DNA from: Iphione sp. A-MEVVRFRX5 | Taxonomy: Eukaryota | NCBI GenBank assembly: GCA_976226885.1 | Contig: OZ320313.1 | Span: 156,178,001 to 156,242,000 of the forward strand | Direction: 5' to 3' | Length of the DNA stretch: 64,000 nt | In this document: positions 49,949-63,323 of the stretch, piece by piece | How the letters are laid out: each line of letters begins with the position of its first letter | How positions within the stretch are numbered: the stretch's first letter is position 1 | The notes under the pieces: model-generated | Databases searched by the model: none | The model's input: the letters and a program-made list of their open reading frames with translations, nothing else | What the model was told of the DNA's origin: nothing | Program-made: the position numbers and the translations under genes

Positions 49949-52119
49949 CAATGTCGGTCGCCACAGCCCAACACCAAAAACTCTTTTTAAACAGCTGCGT
50001 CAGTAAACAGCCCTGGCCCAATGAGTGCCCACAGCAGGCGGCGCGGAGTTCCGCTGGACGACGACGAGCCCCCGGGGTGCCCGAGAGAAAGGCATCGGCC
50101 TGTGTAGAAGGGATGTGGGCAATCCCCTGCATGAGAAAAGCAAGAGAGTGTCACTGCAGTTGTTCAGACATTCCTGGAATGACTAGGAGACCGCGCCACT
50201 TATAAATATATATGTATATCCAAGTTTGGTCGCATAAGTCTGCACGAAGAGTTTTTCTTCAAATCGACGAGAAGAGCTTCGTGGGAATGTAAAATGAACC
50301 GCTTAAATGAATGTTTAAAAAACAATGGTGACCTTGTTGTTTGTCTGACATGGGGGTCTTCGAGGAGGATTGATCTTTGTTGAAAACGCGGATGTATAAA
50401 ACACAAATTGCCCTTTCTGTCCTGTGCAACAACTGTGGCCAGATGCCTCAGTAGTATCTTAGGTAGTTGGAGCTTCATTTTTGACTTTTCTGAGATATCA
50501 AAATCAAAAGGTAGACGTATCTTAAAACTATGCAAGGAATGACTTTGTCGTAGAGTCTTTGAATGAAATGCACTATACGTCGGCCGTACACCGTTATCGT
50601 AGCTCGTATGTGTTTGGGTTGGAATATGGACTTGATCCAGCGCATATCTATTTACGTTTACTATGGCGTCAGGAAGAATGTAAAGTAAACTCGCTTCCAT
50701 GATAGTAGCTGTTGGTGTAAATATTTATTCTAGAGTGATGGTGAAAAATGTGTCTACTGTCACTCGCGCTGGGGCGCCAGAAGAAGAGGGAAAACACCTT
50801 GGAGCATATAAAGGTTCAGGCACCCTAGTAAAACCTCACGCTTTTCAAAACGGTTGCATATTCAGAGGGTAGAAATTAAGATTTTACGTGTGCCATATTT
50901 AACCTATCAGTAATTATTTTACACTAAATATTTTTGTTATGACATTATTGATCAAATCATTTTAGTTGTGACCGGACGTAATAAGCCCTCCTAGGATTTA
51001 TTTATTACGCAAGTTATTTTCATCATAACATTGTTCAGATGTTTTTAGTTGTGGCAGGAGCCTTAACGTTCTAATAATGGTAGGATATGATCATATATAT
51101 ATAAATATATCTTGTTGAATGCAATTCACTTTGAATTTCCGGTTAGCAGTATCTTTAAGCATCAAGTTGAGGCTTTCAACCTCTCAATGTTGCTGTGCAA
51201 TAGTTTCTCTTTAGAATCTCTTTCTAATAGTTCTACCAGCGATAAACGCTGTAGCTAATGCCACACGTACCAACATATCTGACCGGCCACAGTTGCTTAC
51301 TGTTGTTAGCACAAGAGTAACAAATAACATTTTTGCCGATACTCTATATGAGACGTGATATCCTGAGTAGCAGAGGTTGGTAAAAGACAGAGTTGGCAAC
51401 CAATACAATGTGGTATACACTAGCTCAACGACAGGGTTAGGGAAAAAATTGTTTACGTCCTCCTAACAGCTTTACTCAGGGAAGTTCTATGAGTTTATTT
51501 TTCGCTAAGATTGTAGTCCAAATATAAAATCATTTACATAAACACTGATATTATTAAGTATCTTCCGTTTCTGTAAATCAATTATGGCTTTGGGAAACTC
51601 ATTAGATGTAAGCTAAATATGGCATCAAAATTAGGTATGCTTTGAATGTGACGGTCTATCATACCATGAAGAATTCCATGGAAATCATTCTCACATGGTG
51701 GTTTCTTTGACGTTGTACCTTTACATTACATACGATCAGTCCAGCTTGCCCCGCTTTCTAAGTCGGTCCCCCCTACTTTGCGCAGGGTGGTTCGCAGACT
51801 CCTCAAAGTCTGGTTGCCAGGCCATGAAATATGCAATTTCTTGGCTGCTTTCATGTTAAATACAGAATCTCACATGCCACACCCATGTGCGCGATCTAGT
51901 CCGTCTTTCCGACTGTCCATATGGACGCTTTTTATCTTATTTATGTTACCCACGCAAGGAGAGCTTCACACACAACCCTGAGTCACATGAGCAATGTGTC
52001 TAAACCCTTTCCTTTCCTACCCTTTGAAGGCATACCATGATCTTCTACTGTTCCTCTGTGCACAATGACACAAATACGCATTGTGTGGTAGTTGATAAAT
52101 CTTTATTGATAAATCGAAA

Positions 52120-52240
52120 TAATACACGTGTCTCCCAAAGCCTTTGATAAATCAACGAAATCTGTCAAAAATACATCGAGGTATATATATTGTAACTTTT
52201 TTTTTTTAAAGCACGATTGCGGACAATGAAACTGTTTTTT
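52120..52240 (-). mobile_element. Possible LINE RT remnant
   Basis: YLDVFLTDFVDLSKALGDT resembles xFxDLSKAFDTV. Confidence 0.4.
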
Positions 52241-54329
52241 TCCTTGTACAGACTCAACACGAGAAGCATTGAAGAAACAATAAGCCAAAGCATATTTACT
52301 GCATTCCAGGTAGGACTTTCCTAGAGCGACAAAACTGATGTACTCACAAGTAGAACAAAGACTGCGAGCACCTAGCGCAACGTCTAAAATATACACACAT
52401 ATGCCTTGAGGTCACTGTTAACGTGATGATATGCGAAAATTTAACTGCCATATATAACTTCTAATGTTATAAGGTTTATGGCATACCACTCTGTCATTTT
52501 GGTGATGCTTGCCCAGCGGTAAAGTCTGGCCTACAGCATATCCCAACAACAGACCACCTTTCTTTGATTTTTCTTTACTTGCTTCTGTCGTCTAACGTTT
52601 AGTTTGACAAGTGACTAAATTAGACTTTTCTTGCTTGTAATTGTGTCACATGATAATAGACAGACTTCACATATACGCAGTCGACAGGCACGATGTCATA
52701 GTCCAAACTTTTCGCTATCACAAATGATCCAAATCCAAAACGCTCGTCTTGTATCTTTCATTTTTTAAAGTCGTTAGATGCTCCAAATATATACTAGAGC
52801 TTGTTGTACCTTTACTCGATCTGCTTGTTAATATAGGTACATTTTTATTAGCTAAAAGGGAACAGATTAGGATTAGACTAAACAAAACATCAACGTGGTT
52901 CACTAAATGACAAGCCTAAAATAATATATATGTATATTCAAGATACCATACATGTTATGATGAAGCATTCTATTTGTTCGATATGCATTGAGCTACCTTC
53001 AGCTGAACATACTCACTGTTGTTTATCAAATAGCTATATGCTACATTATATTATTACATCAAGATTTTCATATCATGATACATGACATAGGTAACTGTAT
53101 TACAATTCCCAGCAACATTCCGACTGTACAACAGTACTGGTCCTTCCGTGAGAATAATCAACAACTGGTGTGAGTTTTAAACGTTTCCTGTATTTACAAA
53201 GCACAGTAAGACGTTCCAGGTTTGGTTTCATGTATAGTGAGAATTGAATAAGAAAATATCTCTTCATAGATTTCTGGCCCGTCAAGCAATAACGTAAGCA
53301 CGGTTTACACGCAATTATTAACAAATGTATTTATACTCAGGAATAAGCATTGTATTTTAGAATTTTCATATATATTTAAACATCCATACATTGAGATTCC
53401 TCTCCCACTCTGGTTAGTGTTATTTATGTATATCTTTGCAGATTAATTTATAGATTGAATGGGTTGAGCATTCACCCATATCGCCCAAACCAGGAGATTT
53501 CCCAATTTCTGTCTTGACAACCGCTTCTGATATTCATTCCTTTTCAGGTAAACCCTTAGTTAAACAAACGTTTCAGCACGTTTACAGCCATTTGGAATAG
53601 CACACTTAACCCCAAGCATTATGAAAGGATCGGTTTACATTTTGGATTCTAAAGCATGAGCATTTCTTGTATTCATTACAGCTGTCCATATTAAGACCAT
53701 GATATCCAAGGATATCGTCTAGGAAACCCTCCTTTCTATTTTAAGCAACTCTGCAGAAGATATCCGGGAACGCCATGCACGCCAAACTTCTTATCTTGGG
53801 ACTTGGCGCAACGTGTCGGACAAAGTCACAGTCTCGAATATAATGAGTCTTACTTTGGGATATCTGTACCACACTATATGGTCTACATCGCACTGCACTT
53901 GGCCCTTCCACTTTCGGACAGAGCAGCTCTGCCAGATGGTCCTCGTGCACCGAGTAGAACCGATTAGTTGTCTACTAGTCGACATCCTCTGTACCTTAAG
54001 TGGGCCGGCCAACAGTCAAGTGGGACTGAACAGTAAGCTAGTACTGCAGCTTAGGCTGTGTTTGATGAGACCGACTAAATCGTGGGGAGAATATGGAACC
54101 ATTAACAGTGCTATACTAGATTTGACTGACTCAGTTGTACTAGGTGCACAGAGAAGGCAACTTTACAAAGATTGCCAACGCGCTCTAGATAACCTGACCG
54201 ACTGAAAATTTTCCTCAGTCGTAAAACTGGGATGTGTCCGGACTAGTCCTTTTAGAAACACACTCTCTGCTCATTGCCCACACGAACCCACGGTTCCCCC
54301 TGCTCCCCAGTCCCTTTCTCGCTCCTGTT

Positions 54330-54568
54330 CTACATGAGCTCAATCTCACAGATGAAATTGTGCTTGTCCGTGCAGGTAGCGTCGTGCCACATGTAGCGCG
54401 CGTTCTTGTACATGAGCATGCAGTGCATCGTCGAACGCGCGTCGGGCTCCCCCGGTGCCCATCGGGAGTATTTGATGTCGCGCAGGTGGTGCTTTGTCGT
54501 CCACATCCACTTCCGGTTCCGTGCGATGTAGTTTCCGCTGGTCCACCACCCTTTCGGCTCCTCGAAAT
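54330..54568 (-). CDS. C-type lectin domain, 3'-terminal exon (perlucin-like CTLD): (D)FEEPKGWWTSGNYIARNRKWMWTTKHHLRDIKYSRWAPGEPDARSTMHCMLMYKNARYMWHDATCTDKHNFICEIELM*
   Basis: Hand translation of the - strand. Acceptor gtcattgcag| at 54569-70 (phase 1), TAG at 54332-54330. CTLD hallmarks WWTSG (WIGL-like), WxW, YxxWAPGEPD, C, WHD-x2-C, FICE, with strong GC3 bias. Confidence 0.9.
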
Positions 54569-57500
54569 CTGCAATGACAGCAGTTTGGAAAAATATAATC
54601 CATGATCAGCTGTAGAATCGTGCCCTAAACCGTTGCATTAAATGACAATATGTTAGCGAGGTCTTAGTTAATGACTAACACAAAATTTGTTCGTATCTTT
54701 ATACTAGCCATACTAACTTTCAACTTCAAACAGTTTATTCACGTCTCAAAACCACAATCTTAGCTTCCTTATATGTACGAGTAAGGATCTGGATTATATA
54801 AGGCTTTTAGCCGCCATAGTTCCAGAAAATAAACAAACGTTAAACGAACGGCATTTGCCTCTGGAAAAAAACAGTGTTCAGGAAAGGACATGCCAACGAC
54901 GAATACGGACTTTCAGCTATATGTGGGCAATTGTATAGAATTCATTATGGTAAACGACAAAAATAATCATTCAACAGAACCATAGATAAAATACATTTCA
55001 CAGCATTAACACTACATAGATTCATACTGACTTTCAGATTCATGAATGAAAAGTTTTTAATTCCTCATGGTGTGCGAAAATATAGAAGATACATTGAAAG
55101 CTAGGTCGCTGAAAGGGATTGGGACCTCTCGATTGTCAAAACCAAATTATTATTACCCCTAATCTCATTTTACCGAATATTAAGTCCCGCCCATCGTCAG
55201 AGACTGAATGTTGATGGTGCTACCGCCGTCGTCTCAAGAATCGATGCAGCCAGGCAGGAAGAAGCAATGTACAAAGCGTTCATGCATGTACTTATGTGCT
55301 CTTGAGGTAATCTGAAGATGTTGCTCCCGCCCCCTGATCCTTCTAGAAACCCACTGGCTGAAAGACACTGGAGTACACAAAAAAAGATACGCCCTTTATG
55401 ATCCAGGTTTATTTCCGTTTCGGATTCGGCAAGTAAGCCTGTAATTGATCTGCAGTGCTAGTGTGACTGGTATGCATCTATAGCGTATTCGTATGTTGAA
55501 GCCATCACGCGATATATATGTGTACAATATGATACCATAATGTGGGCAGTAATGGAACCAAAGCTGTCCTTATTTCAGGACGCCCATGACGTAAACATTC
55601 TCATTTTGCACTCCCCCAGACTGCCTTCCTTTCAGGTTTTATACATTGTGGTCTTATTGTTAACACGGCATTAAAATATATGATTTCTATGCTGTACAGT
55701 TAGAGCCGTGTATTGACGAAGTACATGTAGTCTCACTGAACTAAATGAATGTTTTCATAAATGTGCCATGATCTAGTTTCTCTTCAGCAGTATCCAAATA
55801 ATAATACAACGACTCGGGCGACTTTTTATAAATGGAAAGAAGGGAAAAATGCAGGAGTTATGATTTACTTGCTATCCATCCGAATCGGACGTACGAGGCT
55901 CCTAAAAGGTCTAGATGGAGATATGCAGCGCCCCGTTTAGCCCCGGTTCCACACCTTCACAGTGGATTGGTGGTTGCTTGATAAATAATTGACAAACCAC
56001 TATCACCCCTCGGGGAAGTCCGTGTTGCACTCACATCTACCTGTTCACTTCCTTCCTCGGCACGCTGAATGTTTAATCAGGCCATGAAAAGCCGATGGTA
56101 GAGTCTGCGCGGAGGTATTTAAAAATATACCGCGACGGAATCGAGGGTTAACCGTACCATAAGGTGTGAAGTACTCCTGAGGATGTTTTACCCTCTTTTT
56201 TTCTTTTAAATTCACCTGCTTCTCATGTGGGTGACGGGAGGCATACCAATGGGTAGAACTCCTGGAGCTGACATCGTACAAGGGCTCGAGTGAGCAGGAA
56301 CATGTGTAGGACTGCAGTGCATGGCCCCCAGCTTATCTGCTCAACGTTAGGACAATATAGCGACCAGATACTTCTCAAGCGCTCGCCTTTTTTTGTATAT
56401 GGCTAACCCTCGTATATTCGAAACATTAACGTCGCTAATGCTGGCACTTTTTAGCCTTTTAACCGTCTGAAACTAGTTGACCCTGAGGAAGATCGCCCTC
56501 TTTGAAGTTGCCATTTCTTCCACCTGGCCCTGTCTGTCGGTTTCTTCCGTGTTCGCCTCTTTGTTTAGTCTTAGAAGTAAATAAAATATGACCTCTCAAT
56601 GTCCCGATCTTCAAATCTCTTTGAAACTGCTTACGTGATAGATAGAAGGGTTGCATATGTACAAAATATTGTCAGAACTGTGCGCATGAAAGATATTCAA
56701 CGTACATGCTATTTGTGCAATTTACAACATAGATTCCTCTGGTGAGGAGCACAATCCAAAGGAAACGCAAAACGGCCATAATATATAGAGATATGACGAA
56801 ATGAAAATCCTACATGTTAAACTAATAATTATTTTGCTATTGTATGATATCTTTTCCTCTGCTGCCCTGTGAAACTATCAATTTATTAATTTCTTTAAAT
56901 TCATTTCATTGTATATTGATTGGCATCAAACACCCTTATGAATTTTGTCTACGTGCCATATTATGACATGCAGTGTCGTAACCTGGCATCACTTAGACCA
57001 GTCAAAAATAGCCTGCGTTAGGCCCAATCAGTTGCGTTTATCCATCAATGATAAGATAAACAGGTACATGTACGCAGTAAGTAATTCATAATTCCATTTC
57101 GCGTTATTTTTGTAATAGTTGACCATCTCCATCGGCTTACCTCTTCCACCCCTACGCCCCCCCTCCCAACCTTCACCCCGGCGGGAGCTGCTCCAAACCG
57201 ATGATATCACTCGGCGAGCTGCTCATGTCGCTAACAACACGGCGAGCAGCGTCCGCCTCCATCACGCTTCCCTAAAATGACTGATCTGCGCCTCAGAATT
57301 TTTTGTACTTTCCTTGCCTAGGCTTTCATCAACCTGTAGAATTGGCCGGATGCCCTTGTGTCATCGGCGTCCTACGCGCCCTATTATATGTCACAAACTA
57401 TTACCGCCACAGGTTTTGACTCGGTCGATGGGATTTTCTTTGCACTGACAATCATTTCAAGGCCCTCGTAAACATCACGGTCTGTAGAATAGAATTCATA

Positions 57501-60500
57501 TTCTTAGATATGTTTCGAACACCCACGCCGATTGGAATCACTGGTTCACATAATGTAAGTGCTGCTTACATTCATGTAATTCTTCGATAGAGAAATTCGA
57601 AGTGCTTTCAGAAAAGATAAAGGGAGATGTATGGCATAATGTTAACCGGTGCTTAAGTCGAAGGCTTATCTCTACGGTCTATTGATTAACAACTAAACTG
57701 AGCGGTGCACTAAGATTCATCGACCTGAAGCGTAAGTGTCACTCTCCCTGTGGAGCCTACCTACTAGTGGCTTGATCGATTGGACTGGGTGGGAAAAGGA
57801 CAGGAAGATTGGGCCGGGTAAACACAGCGATTCTTCAGGGGTTACCCCTGGGCTAAGACCTTCGTTTTGGGCCGACCAAATGCTCACTAATAATTTACTG
57901 TCTGGATGGGGGTTGGAGTTTGAGGGAGGGTAGGGGTGGGGCCACTGGACAACGGTAGAGTTCTAAGCCTTCGAACGCCGTGTGTAGGTAAACTGAAAAA
58001 CCGACTGGTTTGAGCGATTATCTTTCTGTGTACCTTGGTGGCCAGACGAAACCATAGCTCATTCGGTAGGCCAAGTGGGCTTTTCGAGCAGCAGAAAGAA
58101 GGTCTATACAGAAAGGTGGAAAGGTCTGTAACTTGAAGCCTAGTGTATGCTGGTGGTGTTCTATGACATTACTAGCTCAGCTCCAGCCTAATTTGCTCAG
58201 CAATCTTTGAGACCACAGTGCAAGCTTGGGTATGAACAGGAATATGTTATTACCTCGGGTTACATATATATGTATATATTTATTTTATTAAAACGAAAAG
58301 ACATATACCGGTGCAATGAATAGAGCTGATAAATTATTATTTTATTAAATTATTTTATCCGAAGAATTTAAAGTCTAAAAACGTTCTTTATACGTATATA
58401 TATTTCATGGAAATAAATATTCTTAAATACATGTATTTATTCTGGAAATCTATTTCAGTGCTAAGGTAGCGTAGCTACGGTTATGTCAACCGTACTAGAT
58501 AATGTAGTATTTGCACTAAGTACAAAGTAGCTGCATAATCTACATGTACTTTATGGAGCAAATAACGTGTGTTTGTATATATATGTATAAATTATTAATA
58601 TATAATGTGTGTGTTGGATAAATTGTTCTATGTACATCTGTCCGTGCTATCTAATAGGTCTGCGTTTGTACGCCAGCCATAATGATGAGAACATATTAAC
58701 CGTGAACGTATAGCTAAAATTGAGCTCATCTCGTTACAACGTTGAGCCACCCGTCGTGCACAACGTGTGAGGTCGAACTGTGTAGATACACAGAAACCTA
58801 AGAGCATGTCCAGTGAGCAGGTCCATCTACGAGTCATTCCAAACAGTAAGTCATCGAGTTTCGTCAGAAGCCCAGTGCAATCAGTCACTTTCAGCCCAGT
58901 CCTCCATTTATATCCGATTCTTGTGAACAAATTCAAACAAGTATGAATGTGCACTTGGTCTAAAACCGAACCCTGCATGATTCTACTTGGGAGGAGAACG
59001 AACCTCTGTCCTGAGAGCTTTAGATGTGGCTGGGCTGCAAACCTTCTCTAACATTGAAGGTTAGCTTGCAGGGCCTTTACATATACAAACATGCTACTGT
59101 TACCTGGAGCCATCATCTGATCCGCTGGCTTACCTTGTATCCCTGGAGGAGGAGCTGGAAGAGAAGCAGGGGGGGAGGGATGAACCCCCTTCAACCCCAC
59201 CGCTGGCTCCCTGGAGCCCTACAGCTCCGTGCTGGACCTGCCGCTGACAGTCTTATCATTTCCTTCCCTTATGATGGATTGTAAGCAGGGTATAGGGTGA
59301 TTCGGGCATGTCGCACTGAAATACATGCAGGAAAATATCGACGCAAGAACGCTGCGTCTGAGGGTGGGTGGAATCCGAACTGCGCCGCCATTGTAACAGA
59401 TAAACGGGCGCGGAGCACGGCACATTCACAGCCCGTTTACGGTGCGAGTAAAAAGGCGGAACAGTTAGTAGCCTAGTAACTGCCAACATGCTGTATAGTA
59501 CTTGGCGACATGGGCGATAATCTGTGGACTGTATAGAAACTTAGTGCAGAGTATACTGACTTCAGTTGAACGTATGGTTACCTATAGGCCTATATCATAT
59601 TCGTGGTTCGAGAGCCATTAACCCATACAAAGTTGTACTAAGTTGTTCTTGAGACCAGTAGCATATGAAGCGAGATCTAGTCTCATCCGTTCAGTTTTCA
59701 CTTTCATCACATACGTTACGTGCTATTTTATTCTGCATATCATATCCATGATGCATTTATTTTCAGTCAATGTAGAGGCATGGAAATTAAGAAATTATAT
59801 TTCCTACAGTTTTCTTGGTATCCATTCGCCAATAGGGAACTTGCGGCCTGTTTCTCTCCCTCTCCTGCTCCTCTGAGCCCCAGTTCTACTTCACTATTAT
59901 AAGACACTAGCACGTATGTCCGCTGAGAGCAGGCCGCAAAGTGGCCAAGACTAAGGCGTCTGCTGGGTGCTGAAAGAGTCTCTCTCCAATTCCATCACTC
60001 TTGCCTCCGCCCGCATGAACCGCGCTCTTATTGCCCCTTTGCTGACATTCGATGGGCTGCATACAAAATTACCCTTCCCTTACATTAGTGTTTAGCTATG
60101 TCAAAGTGGGAAGGACTCTGCGCTCGCCAGTTTCTTCACAATTTTATCATGTGTAGTAAAATAGCCCCTCCCAGTGAAGCGGACCATAAACACCATACTG
60201 CGATAAAGCTGTACTTTCTGATTTCTGTCTTTGTATATGCACGCAGAGCTTCTGCAATAAAATTATATTCTTTTCCCCTGGTGTCACACAACTATATGCA
60301 TGCATGTACTTAGTACCGGTTTGGTATGTGGGAGTGGAATTTACGGTTGTTTGTATTTGATTTTGATGTTATGATAACGCTTTAAAATTTGCACCATCCC
60401 GAGTGAGAATGCCACCATGCAAGAGGCCAGGATGTAAATAACTTTCCCTGACAGCAATTGACATGCTTGCATTAAATGGAACAGCATTAAAATGGCTACA

Positions 60501-63323
60501 ATAATTTAATTGGTGATTTTAATACGTTTGATTTACTATATATTCTAATGGTTCTTTTTTAATTCCCTGAGAACACGAAAACTGCTAGAGGGAGTCATTA
60601 GGTAGTCTAGTCATCCCGAGCAGTGGCAATTTATCGAGACAGTGACAGTTTTACTTCCGGTGCATTAAAGGTATTTTGGGTATTTACATCATCGTTCCGG
60701 TCTTTATCCTACCCCTTATGGCTTATGAGTTCTGCACCTATAAAAGACTAGTAGTGTTAGGAAGCAATATCCCCCATCAAACATAGAAATGAAAATTTAG
60801 TAGAAGTACTGGAGTAGTTGTTATTAATGGAAGTTTCTTTCTTGCGAAGAATGCATTCGTAAAACTGATTCTCCTTCCCTCTAAGGACACTAAATCATAT
60901 CGCGTGACAGTAGAAAGGCTCTGATCTTCTGTTTAGAAAGGCTTACCCTCTTGTGCTTTAAATATCTTTATTTATTAACCCTTTGAATGTGTTTGCTCTT
61001 TGCTTGTGTCTCAAGCGTAGCCTTATCAAATGCGTCTGATAGAAACCACGGCACTATATCCTATGAGAAATACACAATTGGAGTGAGTGGCAGTTAAACA
61101 TGATCGATTTGGATTCTCCATGCCAGAATACAATTTAAGAACCGACTCTGTTACCCGGCCAATCATTTGGAAAGACCATGATATTTTAAAAAAACAAATC
61201 AATAAAGTCCCAAAGAACCGCAAATATATATCTCTAAGAACCAAATGTAAACAGTGTAGGACCCTAAATGTATTCACTCTGACAATCTTTTAGCTGCAAT
61301 TCGTCTCCAACCTGATCTAAAATGAGTATTCAGTCGATTGAATCGAGCAGTATTTCCTCCGCGCCTTAATCCGGATTTCGCAGATCTTAAAGTCCGGACG
61401 ATTACGAAACAGCGTCTTCGGATAAAGAACCTCTTTAATCTAATTACTATATCTGCTATAATGTGGTCTATTTGTTCAATAAGATTACTACTTTTACAAT
61501 ATGGGACATTTGATTTATACTGGTCTTCCAAGCAATGCTAAATGGGTGCGATTTCATCTGTATCTCTTTCACAGTTGGTGCAAATCAGTGGCATATTTGT
61601 TGATCGTGGATTGTGCGCTCAGCCTTTTGAAAAGGTTCTAGAAACTATAATGACAGTTTTAATTTTTTTTAGCCAAATATGTATCTTTCCACGATTATAA
61701 CAATTTTCCTTTGATTACCGTAACTGATGAGCGCTGCCATGGGACACGTTTGTGGTTGTAGAACGTTGAGTAGCAGGTAAAATGATTATATAAGATTTAG
61801 CACTGTCAGGGGGCGATCAATACACGTCATTTACAAAGGTCAAATTGACACCACGCGGACACACAGGTGCATCATCAGTTTGGAAAGCTGATGTTTAATA
61901 TTGTTTGATCTTATTTCACTGTGAACAGGGAGGTTGTCCTTTCAGTTCTCGGTGTAATAAAAGAAATCCTCCTGATTAACGCGGATTTTACTTTTTCTCG
62001 TGGTCCGATCGGGGCATTTTAAAACGCGATTAATTAGCGCTGAACATAATAGAAAATATTTTGGAAACAAATGGAGCTTGTGTTACAGCAACAGGCAAAG
62101 CATTCGACTAAGAAAATGTATTAGTGACTTTTTAGCCAGAATTTCTATAATAGCAATGGATAGCGAACTAGAGACTCACCTCGCTTGAATGCGATTTATT
62201 TTAATCACGCAGAATTTCACCAAAAACAACTCTTAACTAATGAAAATAGTTGTCCGTGTCTCTGTAATTTGGGTCAGGAACGTCTAAGAAACCGACCACA
62301 TGTAAGGATGATATAAACCTTATGACGGGTTTTCCTTTGTAGTCATACAAATTGTAAAGTGCGGTGTGGCGGCCGTTTCGCCTACTCGTTCCTGTTTCCC
62401 ATTAACCGAACCCTTCCCTGTCCAGGTAGGCGTGTGCGCATCATGCAGAGGGAGAGAGCACCCTCACGTTAAGATGTGACCGCCAGTTATGCCTCGTACT
62501 ATTCATAATGTAGCGCTACCCCCTGCTGCTCTTGATGTCTGGCAGAGAGACAGACTCGTGTAGCTACTTACCTGGCCCCGCTCACTACTCCCATGAGTAG
62601 CTCACGGGAGGGAAGAAGGGATGAGCCGCTCGCCCGTAGAGCTTAAGCCCGCCCCTTTACCCTTGCGGCAGCTACCACCGGCGTGGCCCGGTCCCGCCTT
62701 TGGCGTCGGACGGGGGTACACGCCTGGCGAGTCGGCGACTATGTTTACTACCTGTTTACCTCCGCTTGGCGGGCTGCCTCTTGATGTAGGTAGGGAAAAT
62801 GTGGCCGCGACCACGCTATTCATCACGGCGACCAGAAATGCTGGAGAGTCACGCACGCTGGCGGGTCAGACGTAAATAGTGCATATTAGCGTCATCATTT
62901 TGTCATTCTCCATTATTCCTCCATCTTGCCATTCAGCAAATACGGAACACCTTTTTCATTACAAAAAAAGAGCAGACCAGATCGCACCAGGCAGATTACA
63001 TGCACTCAATCAGGCTGGCATCCGCTCGTCCTCAACAAAATGAAAATTTAGAACTCGATTTGAAGCCACGAACTTTCCCAGTGTCTCTTTAATAAGGGAT
63101 AGAGGGCATTTACGAGGGATTCCTTAAGGGAGCAATCAAGGGAAAAGGCCCGGGCAATCCTTTCTGATTGCATTACGAGCCGTTCCCAATTCCAGCGTAG
63201 AGACCTGTTTTAGTCGGTGCGGGAATCGGCCACAAAACATACTTGGGGAAAAGGCCCGACGGAATTGGTGGATAATACGTATTCCAAACGGTCTGTTATT
63301 GACTGGGAATAAATCAGCGGCCT

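Noticed and set aside
49752-50205. Poly-Leu, poly-Glu and poly-Ser ORFs in the GC-rich island
   Set aside because: They are driven by the (CTC)n repeat and high GC; no domain or convincing splice pair was found.
54215-54605. ORF-track proteins 54215-54574, 54234-54605 and 54346-54603
   Set aside because: These are wrong frames over the real lectin exon, which lies in the third - strand frame.
57225-57227. In-frame TGA in the leader-like exon as selenocysteine or readthrough
   Set aside because: No SECIS element was identified and a frameshift is also required; decay is the simpler explanation.
61680-61775. - strand CYSTFYNHKRVPW as the missing N-terminal lectin exon
   Set aside because: It lacks the conserved AxxxC cysteine, has stops on both sides and has no usable splice sites.
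62565-62575. TACTTACCTGG identical to the 5' end of U1 snRNA
   Set aside because: The similarity stops after 11 nt with no U1 stem-loops or Sm site; it is simply the complement of a consensus 5' splice site.
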